A model generated the notes under the pieces. The model saw nothing but the letters and a program-made list of their open reading frames with translations, ran no database searches and was not told the DNA's origin. Of a stretch of DNA of 64,000 nt, positions 1-11,113 are shown piece by piece. Source of the DNA: Fonticula alba ATCC 38817 (Eukaryota > Protista > Nucleariida); the NCBI GenBank assembly GCA_000388065.2, contig KB932202.1, one strand, 5' to 3'. Each line of letters opens with the position of its first letter. Positions within the stretch are counted from its first letter, which is position 1. The position numbers were made by a program, and so were the translations under genes.

Positions 1-47
1 AAGGAAGATTACACCCCCCCCCCACCCCCCCATCGCTGAACACGCAC

Positions 48-2526
48 TGAAGAGGGAGGGTGGCCGTGCCAGAGACCCAAGTCCCGGCGGCGGGCGGGGT
101 CCACTCGAGGACCGGGCGCCGGCCATACCGGTGGTCCAGCAGAGCCGAGCGCTCCGTCGTCAGGATCAGCGTTTCGAAGGGCCCGGTTGGCCCGGTTTTG
201 GCCAGCTGGCAGATGGCCTCGGGCCGGCCGGCCCGGCGCTTTCGATGGTGAGACCGCTGTGCATCGCGCAGGTCCACCCCGGGATTGCGTGGCGGACAGA
301 CCCACAATGAGCGGCTGGCGCCGAGCGTCGTGTTGAGAGCGTGGCGGGCTGCCCGAGATCCGGAGGAGCCGGGCGCGTCGGCCGACAGGCCAGACAGCTT
401 GAACAACGGCACGGTCGCCTCGCGCGGCGGCGTCCGCAGGTCCACCAGGCAGAGAGCCCGCGAGCTGGCCACCTCCAAGACCAGCGGATGGGAACCGAAG
501 GCGCAGGTGAACGGCCCATCCGGGGAGTAGAGCGCATCGGCCGAGCCGGCCAGCTGGAACACCTGCCGGCAGGCGGCCACATTGGGGCTGGCATGGGCGC
601 TACCGCCGGCCAGCGCCGTCGGGCCCTCCAGCAGGTAGACACATCCGCGGCTGGAAATCGCCGCGGCAACCGGCGCGCCGTCCCCGGCCCCGGGCCACGG
701 ACTGAGGCAGGCATCCGACCAGCGGCCCGGCCCGGGCAGCTCGAAGTCCCCGCTGGCCATGAAGCTCAGCCCGGAGAGGGTCGGCCTGCCGGTCCAATCG
801 CACAGGGGGCTGGTCCGCAGCGCGACTCCGGCGAAGCTGATGCGCCGGTCGTGGCGAGCCAAAAACCCGAAAGCATCATGGTCTGGCCCGAGGGACACAC
901 GTCCACCAGGAGACCCGGGTTAGTGCCACACCCTGACAGGAGCATGTGCCAGCAAAGGGTCCCCACGCACAGGCAAATGTCGGCAGGAGCTGATTGATAC
1001 TCTCCTCGACGGGGATGGCATCCACCAGCGGCGAGTGGCGCAGGGTACTGGCCGCCGGGGAGCCGCCCTGATCGGGAAACAGGGCGGGCAGGGGGTCGAG
1101 CGGAGCCGAACTGGCCGGCAGCCGGTAGAGGTCTGGATTGTTGTTATTTTTTTTGAGGCCCCACAATGAAGGAGGACGATCAAATGGATGGAGGGTGTGT
1201 CAGTTTCGCAGGCGACCATCGGTGCCATGTGCCCCGGGCGGCGGCCGCAGCCGGAATAGCAAGGGATTCCCCCCCCCCCCCCTCCCCCCCCACCTCCCCG
1301 CCCAGCGGAGGGGAAGCAAATGCGCACTGACAAAGCGCCCATGGCGAACCCCCTCCCCGCGCGTGCCGCCAGCAGCCAGTAGCAGCCCCTGGTCCAGCCA
1401 AAGGCTCGGGTCCGAGTGCAGGGCCTCAAGTCCCTCGGCCGGGCCGCAAGTGTGGTGGCCTTGGCGCCGCTTTGCGGTTTTGACATTCTCCGAAGTGAGG
1501 GTCGCCCCGAGGCCGGACGGCGAGAAGCCGATGCAGCTCCCGACATGCATGGCCTCCCGCCAGGGGTCCGCCTCCTGGGTTAGAGCTTCGGTGACGAGGG
1601 ACGTCAGCAGGTCGTCCGGCACGGCGCCCGGACCAAGGCGCGACTGGGCGTACGAGACCTATCAACGAAGCAGCACAGCCGGATGTCAGCACCAAGGCAT
1701 GCGGCGAGGGAGGCGAGGGAAAGGGAGGAGGGGCGAGAGAAAGGAAGACAGCCGATGCCCATTGTCACGGGGAGGGGGCGAGACGGCGGGGGGGGGGGAG
1801 CCTTCTCACCTGGGAGTTGATCAGATATTCGGGAGGCTCTCCATGTGACACGAAGCGCCGAAAGCGCGTCGGATACACGGTGCTGGCATTGGTGTAGTGG
1901 GTGCGGTCTTGGTGCTCGGCCGGGTGGTGTGGGGTACACAGCGTGAAGGACCCATGGCTGGAGGAGGTGTGGCTCGGATACAGGCGAAGGGACCCTGCGC
2001 CGTTTGGAGAGCGTTTGTCAGTCAGCCAGCCGCCGAGGGAGGCAGCAGCACAGGCAACAGGAGGACCCGGCCAGGACCGAGGCAACATACCGCGAGTGGG
2101 TCGTCCACTGGTGACAAACGGATCGGAGGGGTCACACGGAAGGGAGGCCAGATCGTCGGCCTCATCCGGATGGCAAGTCGCCGCCTTGTCATCTTCTTCC
2201 TCCCCTGGCTGGTGCCCATCCTCGTCGTCGTCGTCGTCGTCGTCACTGTCCTCGGCTCCACCTCGGCGACGTTTGGCGCCCCGGCCGGGCTCATGCAGGG
2301 GCAGCGACCCATCGCGAATGCCCGCCCGAAGGCTTTGAACCAAGGACCCATCCAGGTTGTAGAGGGCCGAGGAGCGTAACCCCGGCGCTGGGAGTCGAAT
2401 TGGCCGCGGGCCGTTCACCGACCGGAAGGATAGCCCATCGAAGGCCCCGGCCCCGCGCGGTAGCAGATCCAACTCAACCAGATCAACATTCCCGGGGCCC
2501 GGGGCGGCCGACGAGCGGCCGGGCAT
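48..2526 (-). CDS. TAF1C/Rrn6-like RNA polymerase I initiation factor subunit (beta-propeller); multi-exon, continues beyond the left edge
   Basis: Manual splicing gives exons ~2526-1810, 1658-1328, 1132-971 and 882-48, with phase-compatible GT..AG junctions at the later introns. The last exon translates to SDACLSPW..AAISSRGCVYLL, CAFGSHPLVLEVASSRALCLVDLR and LILTTERSALLDHRYGRRPVLEW. As recalled, these resemble TAF1C/Rrn6 blade motifs (LSPHLPGELAICSRSGAVCLW; HPRVLTVGDR; LVDERLPLVPMLKW). The supplied ORF track does not show this exon as an ATG ORF. Confidence 0.62.
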
Positions 2527-3342
2527 CGTTTGCGTAGTGGCGTTGGTCTTTTTTTTTCCCCCCTTTTCGGCGGCGATGATGGAGCGACGGCGACAGTGCC
2601 GGCGGCAGTGCGGCAGAGGTGAGGGCGGAGGGCGGAGGGCGGAGGGCGCGCAAGAAAAAAAAAGGGGGGTGGGGCATGGAAGGGAGGACTCTGGCTCCCG
2701 CGGAGAGGGCTCTCCTGCTGGATTGTTTGGGCGCCTGTTGAGCCAGGAGGGATTTCCTCGGTCCCTCGCCCTCGCGGGAGATCCCCGGGCCGCAGGCCCG
2801 TGTGTGCCGGCGCATGCGTGCACGCATGTGCCAAGATCCCGCCGGCCCCCCGAGGACGATCTCGCTGGGGCCCGACGTGGTCTGGTGCCAACGCATCGAT
2901 CGCCGCCGCTATCGCCGTTAGCCTTCCACGTGGACTTCCCACCTGTGGCGGGGGGGGGGGGGGGAAGACGCGCGGCGCGGGCCGGCGCGGGCGCACTTCG
3001 GCGTGGTATCCCCGGATCGCGCGCGCAGCCCCCGCCGTCGTCCTTTTTATTTCTTTTCCTTGCCTCCTCCTCTTCTCGGCGTCATCCCGCGGCCCCGCGC
3101 TGGCTGCGGGGCGAAACACGGCCACACCTGCCGAGGAATGCCCGAGACTTGAGCAAGCATGGTAAGCGGCTGTCGCCCGGGTGCCAGCCATCATCCGAGC
3201 TCCCACCCTTTGCCTCGCCTTTCCGCTGCCACTCTTTCTCCCTCTCCCTCCCCCCCCCCCNNNNNNNNNNCCCGCCCTATCTCAACCTCCCTTCCCGGCC
3301 CACCCCCGCCTCCTCCTTTATTTGGTTCTCCCCCCTCCCGAT

Positions 3343-5721
3343 ATGCGTGTCCTTGTCGGCGACGAGGCCGGCTTTGTCCGGACGGCCAGCATCGAGCAGC
3401 AGACCGTCACCCAGCGCTGGGGCGAGGCTGTCGACCGGGCAAACTATGTGGACCAGGTCCGGCTTCTGGATGACGTCCATGACCCGCTGTCGCGGACGGC
3501 CGAGCGCTACGCGGCCGTGGCGCGCCGGGTGTCCGGCGTCATCCAGCTGCACGACACCCGGAACGGGTCGATCGTGTGCGAGTGGTCCGACGAGGAGGGC
3601 CACCGGCTGCCGGAGGGGACCGACCCCTCCCGGGCGCACATGAACGCGCCGGCCTTTGTCGGGCTCGAGATCAACCGCCACCACCTGCTGTCGGCCAATG
3701 AGAATGGTCGAGTGATCTTCCGGTCGCTGGATGGCGTTGAGCTGCTGGATCCCCTGCCGGAGGGCATCGACGCCGAGTCGCACACGCGGCCTTACGAGTC
3801 CGTCGGTGATATGGTGCGTGCACGCTCGAAATCCGTTGCAGCCCGCGTGGTGTACCTTTTCCATTTATCTTTCATTAGACCATCCTTCTTGCTTGTTTCC
3901 TCGCCACTCCCGCGCTGCCTTCTGCCCTCTGCCTCCGGCCTTCCCCTCGTATTTTCTTGTCTCCCGCTTTCCCTCGCCCCCCCGTGGGCTGGCAGTGTGT
4001 CTGACTTGCCCTGTCACTCANNNNNNNNNNNNNNNNNNNNNNNNNNNNNNNNNNNNNNNNNNNNNNNNNNNNNNNNNNNNNNNNNNNNNNNNNNNNNNNN
4101 NNNNNNNNNNNNNNNNNNNNNNNNNNNNNNNNNNNNNNNNNNNNNNNNNNNNNNNNNNNNNNNNNNNNNNNNNNNNNNNNNNNNNNNNNNNNNNNNNNNN
4201 NNNNNNNNNNNNNNNNNNNNNNNNNNNNNNNNNNNNNNNNNNNNNNNNNNNNNNNNNNNNNNNNNNNNNNNNNNNNNNNNNNNNNNNNNNNNNNNNNNNN
4301 NNNNNNNNNNNNNNNNNNNNNNNNNNNNNNNNNNNNNNNNNNNNNNNNNNNNNNNNNNNNNNNNNNNNNNNNNNNNNNNNNNNNNNNNNNNNNNNNNNNN
4401 NNNNNNNNNNNNNNNNNNNNNNNNNNNNNNNNNNNNNNNNNNNNNNNNNNNNNNNNNNNNNNNNNNNNNNNNNNNNNNNNNNNNNNNNNNNNNNNNNNNN
4501 NNNNNNNNNNNNNNNNNNNNNNNNNNNNNNNNNNNNNNNNNNNNNNNNNNNNNNNCCCGTTGTCGGTGTACAGGAAATCATTTTTGACGGCGCCGGGCCG
4601 AACCTGTGCACCATGCGTGGTCTTCAGTCGGACCTGACCACCTTCCTGACTGGTGGTCGGAACAACGACCTGAAGCTCTGGCATTTGACCCCCTCCGGGG
4701 AGGTGGTCTCCAAGTGGGCTGCCAAGAACGTGCGCCCGGACAAGTTCGACCTGCACGTGCCGATCTTTGTGCGCGACGCGCGCTTCCTCGACGAGTCCGG
4801 CCACAAGATCGCCACCATCACTGGCCACTCGCAGGTCCGGGTGTATGATACCCGTGTTCAGCGGCGCCCGGTGCAGGACATCACCCTTGGCGAGCTGCCG
4901 CTCACTTCGTTCGATGTGACGCCCGATGGCTCGTGCGTGGCACCTGATCGCCATTTTGCCCCTCTCCCCCGAGGGCGCGCCCTCGTTCCACTAGCCCCCC
5001 CCCCCCAACACTGACCCTTTGCTTCATGCGTCTGCTCCGGGCTGCTTCTCGTGCGTGCACGCATTTGCGCATGCAGCCATGCGTTCATCGGCAACTCCAT
5101 CGGAATTGTCACCAAGCTGGATATGCGCAAAATGGTCCCCTGTGGTACCCTGAAGGGTGAGTTGCTTCCTCCCTCTCCCCCCCCCCTCTCTCTCTTTCTC
5201 TCTCGATCCATCTCCCTCTCCCTCTCCATCTTCATCTCTTTATGTGTGTCCGGCTCAATTCACTGACCCCCTGGCGCACAGGCTTTGCCGGCTCCGTCCG
5301 GTCCATTGAGTGCCACCGTTCGTTGCCGTACGTGGCGTGCGCCGGCCTGGACCGCTTTGTGCATGTGCACAACACCGACACCCGGAAGGAGGTGATCAAG
5401 GTGTACGCCATGCAGCGGTCCACCAGCGTGGCCTTCTCCAAGGAGCGCGTGGTGGCCATCAAGAAGAAGGCCGGCGCGAAGGCCGGCGCAAAGGCCGCCG
5501 TCGCTGCTGATGACAGTGACAATGAGGAGGAGTTCCTCGGGAGCGATGAGGACGAGGAGCCGGAGCAGCTTGCCTCTGCCGAGAAGGCCGGCACGTCGAC
5601 CAAGCGCACGCGGAAGCCCGCCGCCGAGGTCGACGAGCAGGACGAGGACGAGGAGGCCGACGATGTGTGGAAGGCCATCCCCAAGAAGCTGAAGAAGACC
5701 CGCGCGGCTGCCTCCACGTAG
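3343..5721 (+). CDS. WDR74: WD40 60S ribosome biogenesis factor WDR74/Nsa1
   Basis: Exons ~3343-3813, 4574-4932, 5077-5156 and 5282-5721. Motifs: MRVLVGDEAGFV, FLTGGRNNDLKLW, WAAKNVRPDKFDLHVPIFVRDARFL, GHSQVRVYDTRVQRRPV, GFAGSVRSI, YVACAGLDRFVHVH. Acidic/basic C-terminal tail. Confidence 0.93.
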
Positions 5722-5822
5722 ACATCGAGCCACCACCATGGGCTCCTTGTGCTTTTGGGGAGCGGCCATGGGGCCGTCATCTTCCTCGCTTCTCTCCTCC
5801 GGCCGTCGGGGCCCCTTCCCTC

Positions 5823-5857
<35 letters not shown>

Positions 5858-6283
5858 CTCGTTTGTGTGATGTCAGAGAGTCTGCTCTTCCATGCATATG
5901 CGTTTGTACCCCCCCCCCCCCTCCCCCTCTCATTTGCTGGCTGGAAGAAAAACCCAATAGAACCAACAAAGTTTCGCCGCGCCTTCATTTCCCTCGCCAT
6001 CTGGGTGGTGATGGCGGCAGAGCAGAGTGCGTGAGGCTTGATCATGGGGTGTCCCCAGGGGAAAAGGATTCCGAGGAAGGAGCTTGGTTCTCCTTCCCTC
6101 GCCGCGGCTCCGGAGAGAGAGAGCATGCAGTATGCGTGTCCTTTTTTTTTTTTTCCAGGCGGGCCTTCTTGCTCTGTCCCAGCGTCGTGTGAGCCTTTTT
6201 TTTTCTTGGTCCCCCATTTCTTCCAGCCTGCCGAGATAAATGCGTGAGGAGGGTGCCACTCGGGCCCGCCTTCCTCGTAGCGT

Positions 6284-6373
6284 GCACCGCACCGCACCGC
6301 ACCGCACCGCACCGCACCGCACCGCACCGCACCGCATCGCACCACACCGCACCACACCGCACAGCATCGCAGC
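6284..6373 (+). repeat. (GCACC)n pentanucleotide microsatellite, degenerating at the 3' end
   Basis: Direct reading: gcaccgcaccgcacc... changing to gcatc/acacc variants. Confidence 0.95.
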
Positions 6374-6484
6374 AGGAGGGGAAACAGCACGCTCGGGCAT
6401 GCATCCTCCTCCCCCCCCAGGCGGGGGCGGCGTCTCCCAGCGGATTGCGGCAAAAAGGGGCAAAAGAAGATTGGGGTTGAGATG

Positions 6485-6557
6485 CGCTCCCGCACGGGAT
6501 CGAACCGCGGACCTTGGGATTAACAGTCCCACGCTCTACCTACTGAGCCACAGGAGC
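6485..6557 (-). tRNA. tRNA-Asn, anticodon GTT
   Basis: Reverse complement GCTCCTGTGGCTCAGTAGGTAGAGCGTGGGACTGTTAATCCCAAGGTCCGCGGTTCGATCCCGTGCGGGAGCG. It has a 7-bp acceptor stem, D arm, anticodon stem GGGAC/ATCCC with loop containing GTT, and a GGTTCGATCC T-loop. T-runs lie downstream. Confidence 0.97.
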
Positions 6558-6757
6558 CAGCACATACCGAGAGGTCCCGTGCCCGGCTGCACATACCTGT
6601 GTGTACCGAATATCTCTTAACATGCATTTTTGCCCCACGCAGTGGCCCCCACACCCGGGGCCCCACCCTCGGGCGGGGCGCGGGCAAGGGGGAGCATGCA
6701 TTCCGTCAGTGACAACGGTCGTGCCCCCCGGGGCGCGGCGAGCTGGGCCGGGCCAGG

Positions 6758-6791
<34 letters not shown>

Positions 6792-7093
6792 CGGAGGGGT
6801 GAGGGGGCGAAAGGGGCGCCCGGGCCGGGGGACAGGCCACAAGGGGCAGGGACAGGCAACAGGGAAAGACGGCCTCCGGGGCGGGAGGGGGTCTCTGTGT
6901 AAACAGCATTGCGGAAGAAGGGCAGCCGTGGCGGGCTCCCCACCTCCTCGGCGGTGTCGACACCCCTCTCCCGGCTCCCCTCCGCCCTGCCTGCCTTTCT
7001 CTCTCTCTCTCTCTCCCTCTCCCCCCCCTCCCGTCCGTCTTTGCTTTTACTCCCCCCGTTGGCCGCCCCCGGCGGCTCTCCAGACTCTTAGCC

Positions 7094-7681
7094 ATGGCCT
7101 TCGCGCGCTCTGTCCGCACCATGCAACTGATGCACGTCTACCAGCGCCAAATGCTGGTGGTCACTCCGCGAGTGACACTGACGCAAAGCTCCAACGAGCT
7201 GTTCTACCCCTCGGCCGAGGGGTTCGATACGTCGGCCGCACTCGCGCCGATCGAGCAGGACCGGCAGCACTCGCGCGCGGCCGCCGCTGCCGCCTCCCTG
7301 GCCCGGCCTGGGGGATATTATGCGTCGTCCATCTCGACGGCCGAGCCGGCCGATAGCATCGCCCGTATTATCACATCCTTCTCGCTGTCTCCCGAGAGTG
7401 CCGAGGCGCCGGCTGCCGGGCCGGCCCCGGCCACGGCCTCTCCCGCCGCTGAGCCGGCCTGGTCTGCCGTTCCGGCCACGGGCCCCATGCGTGTCCCGTC
7501 GGCGACTGATCTGAATGCCGCCGCCATGTCGGCCGTGGTGTCTTCCTCATCGTCGGGGTCCTTGCCGGATCTGGCCGCCCGTGCGCCGGTGCACCAGGCC
7601 GCGGTGGCCGTCGTGGATTCCACCCTGCGTTTGTTGAACACCCTCTCGACCTCGGTGGCTCGGACTGTGCAGGGTGGTGCG

Positions 7682-7727
<46 letters not shown>

Positions 7728-8302
7728 TCTCTCTCTCTTTCTCTTTCTCTCTCTCTTTCCCTCTCTCCTCCCCTCTCTCTCCTTCCCTATCTCCTTCCCT
7801 CTCTCTCTCCCTCTCCCTCTCTCTCTCCCTCTCCCTCTCTCTCTCTCTCTCCCTCTCTCCATTTGCATGCTCTACCTTCCTACACTTGCTGACCGCCCAC
7901 TTCCTCATCACCCTTCTCCTGCCCACAGTCGTCCAGGTCTTGGCCGGCTCACACAATGAGGCGGATTCGCACTCCACCAGCACTGCCCCACGCTCGCCGA
8001 CGACCGGAGCCGAGTTCGTCGCTGGAGCCGCCCCGGCCGCCTCCCGCAATGTCCCTGCCAGCGAGCCATCCTCCGGTCCGGATATGGCATTGATTGCCCC
8101 GCTGGTGGGCCTCGGCCTGGTGGCTGCCCTCGGGCTGTATCTCTGCCCGTCAACTGCTGGCGGCCGGCGGCTGCCCCTGCTGGTGCACGCGCTTGTCCGA
8201 AACCATTTCCCCTCTTTTGGGCTGTCCTCCAGCGGCGGCCTTGGGCGTCTCCTTAGCAGCATTGGGAGGGGCTTGTGCCCGCGCGGTGCTACCGCCGCCT
8301 AG
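7094..8302 (+). CDS. Hypothetical Ala/Ser/Pro-rich protein with one hydrophobic segment near the C-terminus
   Basis: Coding-like ORF interrupted by a (CT)n intron at ~7672-7928. Hydrophobic stretch MALIAPLVGLGLVAALGLYLC near the end. No family recognised. Confidence 0.6.
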
Positions 8303-8528
8303 CCTGGCTTCTTGTCTGGTGTTGGAACTTGTGCCCTGCGAGTGCATCGCGCGCGCGCGCGCACACATACACACCACCCCGACTGGCCGGCTGGTTGGCA
8401 GGCGGGCACGCACACCAGCTGGCCTCTTGCACAACGGACCTCCCCCCTCCCCCAAACAAAATCCAATAATAATCTACACACATATCTCCCTTTCTCTCGG
8501 GCGCAGACGGGGAGGACTGCCTCGCTCG

Positions 8529-8566
<38 letters not shown>

Positions 8567-8816
8567 GTCTCTCTCCCCGTCTTGTCCCCCCGCTGCCAGG
8601 CCGGCCGCTGATTTAAGATCGCAGCTTGCTGCCGGGTGCTTGGTGCTGGTCGAGGCGTGGGATGGATCATCAGCAGGCCCAGGTGGGGGAGCGCGTGGCG
8701 AATCGCGGGTGTGCTGGGGCCACTTGCGCACACCAGCGCCCAGGTGCTGGTAGTGCAGCATACACGCCTGTAAAGGGTGCTCCATGGAGGCCTGACGTCG
8801 GGTGCCTCCCTTTCTC

Positions 8817-8825
8817 CGTCTCTCG

Positions 8826-8860
<35 letters not shown>

Positions 8861-8933
8861 CTGGCTTTGGGCCTCGGGGTAGGGCGGGATGATGGGGCGC
8901 GGGGCAGCATTTGCCCGCAGGCGTGCATGCTGA
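8817..8933 (+). repeat. 117-bp segment duplicated at 11070-11186; copy 1 abuts an N gap
   Basis: Identical by eye: cgtctctcgctccc(tc)n ggctggctttgggcctcggggtagggcgggatgatggggcgcggggcagcatttgcccgcaggcgtgcatgctga. Confidence 0.93.
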
Positions 8934-9969
8934 NNNNNNNNNNNNNNNNNNNNNNNNNNNNNNNNNNNNNNNNNNNNNNNNNNNNNNNNNNNNNNNNNNN
9001 NNNNNNNNNNNNNNNNNNNNNNNNNNNNNNNNNNNNNNNNNNNNNNNNNNNNNNNNNNNNNNNNNNNNNNNNNNNNNNNNNNNNNNNNNNNNNNNNNNNN
9101 NNNNNNNNNNNNNNNNNNNNNNNNNNNNNNNNNNNNNNNNNNNNNNNNNNNNNNNNNNNNNNNNNNNNNNNNNNNNNNNNNNNNNNNNNNNNNNNNNNNN
9201 NNNNNNNNNNNNNNNNNNNNNNNNNNNNNNNNNNNNNNNNNNNNNNNNNNNNNNNNNNNNNNNNNNNNNNNNNNNNNNNNNNNNNNNNNNNNNNNNNNNN
9301 NNNNNNNNNNNNNNNNNNNNNNNNNNNNNNNNNNNNNNNNNNNNNNNNNNNNNNNNNNNNNNNNNNNNNNNNNNNNNNNNNNNNNNNNNNNNNNNNNNNN
9401 NNNNNNNNNNNNNNNNNNNNNNNNNNNNNNNNNNNNNNNNNNNNNNNNNNNNNNNNNNNNNNNNNNNNNNNNNNNNNNNNNNNNNNNNNNNNNNNNNNNN
9501 NNNNNNNNNNNNNNNNNNNNNNNCCCCCCCGCTGCCATGCCACCATGGACTAAATATGCCGAAGGAGTCCCCCCAGGGGGAAAGAAGGACGCCCGTTCTT
9601 TGGCCTCGCCGCCGTGGCAGGCCACCAGATTAGCCTGGGCCAGCCCCCTGCTAGCGACCAGACGCCGGTCCCCCGCCGAGGGGAAACAAAAAGACGCCCC
9701 TCCCCCCTGCGGATCCGCCCGCGCGGAGGCCCGTCATTACCATTCACTCCCCTCTCCTCACAGCCCGATAGCCCCCTTCGCTTTCTCTCTCTGCCTCCCC
9801 CCCCTCTCCGTCTTTCTCTTTCTCTCTCTCTCTCTGTCTGCACTCCTCCCCCCCCCCCCTCTGCCCCTTCCCGCCCCCTGCCCTCTCGCGTGTGGCCGAT
9901 CCCCTCGTCCGCTTGCAAGGCTCGCCCGAACGCGCCCGGCCACGACACCCGCGTCCGTCCCTTGGCCCG

Positions 9970-11078
9970 ATGAACTACGGAGCCACCGTGCCACACGGGA
10001 CGGACGCCCCTCTGCCGGGTGGGACACCGGCGCCGGCGCCGGCGCCGCCCGACGGCGTTCCCACCACCACCACGCCCCTGGTGTCCGCGGCCGCGGCCCA
10101 GCCCCGACACCTGCGCACCTTTGCCACCCCGGCCGAGCTGCCCCTCAGCCCATCGCCCTCCTTCGTCGGGTCCGAGGGTGCTGACAGCAGCGTGGCCCCG
10201 GACAATGTGCAGCCCGACCCGCAGGTGCCATCTCCGGCAGCCGAGGCGTCGGCCCAGTTGGCCGGCGGCCTGGCCAGCCTGCCCACGCCGTACAGCGAGC
10301 GGGCGGTCCCGCTGCCGCGCACGGCCGCCGCCTGGGCCACCATGGCCACTCACAGCCAGGGCAGCTCCAGCAACGTGGCCTCCACCTCGGCCGTCTTCTA
10401 TGGCGGGGCCTTTTCCGGGGCATGGCGTGCGCCGCCGCTGACCTTCGGTGACATGGGTCTGGCCGTGGTGCTGACCATGCGCGATGTCGCCAAGCAGGCG
10501 ATCCAGGAGCTCAGCGGGACTGGCGCCAGTGAGGCCATCGGCGGATCGGCCGGCGGCACCCCCGGCGGTGTGTCACCCGTGGCGCGCTCCCTGCTCAGCA
10601 ACACGGTCCGCACGGCGCGCTATACCTGGTATGATTTCCTCCCCCGGCAGCTGTTGGCGCAGTTCTCCAAGGTGCGCGGTGCTTTCCCTGCCGCATGTCC
10701 ACAGCCGGCTGGCTGGCTGATGCTGGCGACGCCCGGCGCGGCTGCTCGCCTGCCTGCCTGCCTGCCTGCCTCGCCGGGTTCTCCCTCTCCGCCCCGTCTA
10801 ACTTTTTCCCTTGCCCCCCCCCCCCTGCAGATGGCCAACTTCTACTTCCTCCTGATCGGCCTGCTGCAGCAGATCCCGGGGATCTCACCGACCGGCCGGC
10901 TGACCACCATCCTGCCGCTCTTCCTTTTCGTCGGCTTCGCCATCCTGCGCGAGCTGTATGACGATTTCCGCCGGCACCAAGCCGACAAGGAGGAGAACAA
11001 CCGTCTGGTGGATGTCTTCCTTGAGGGGGTGCGCTCGCCATTTGCCCCCTCCTTGCCCCNNNNNNNNNNCGTCTCTCG

Positions 11079-11113
<35 letters not shown>

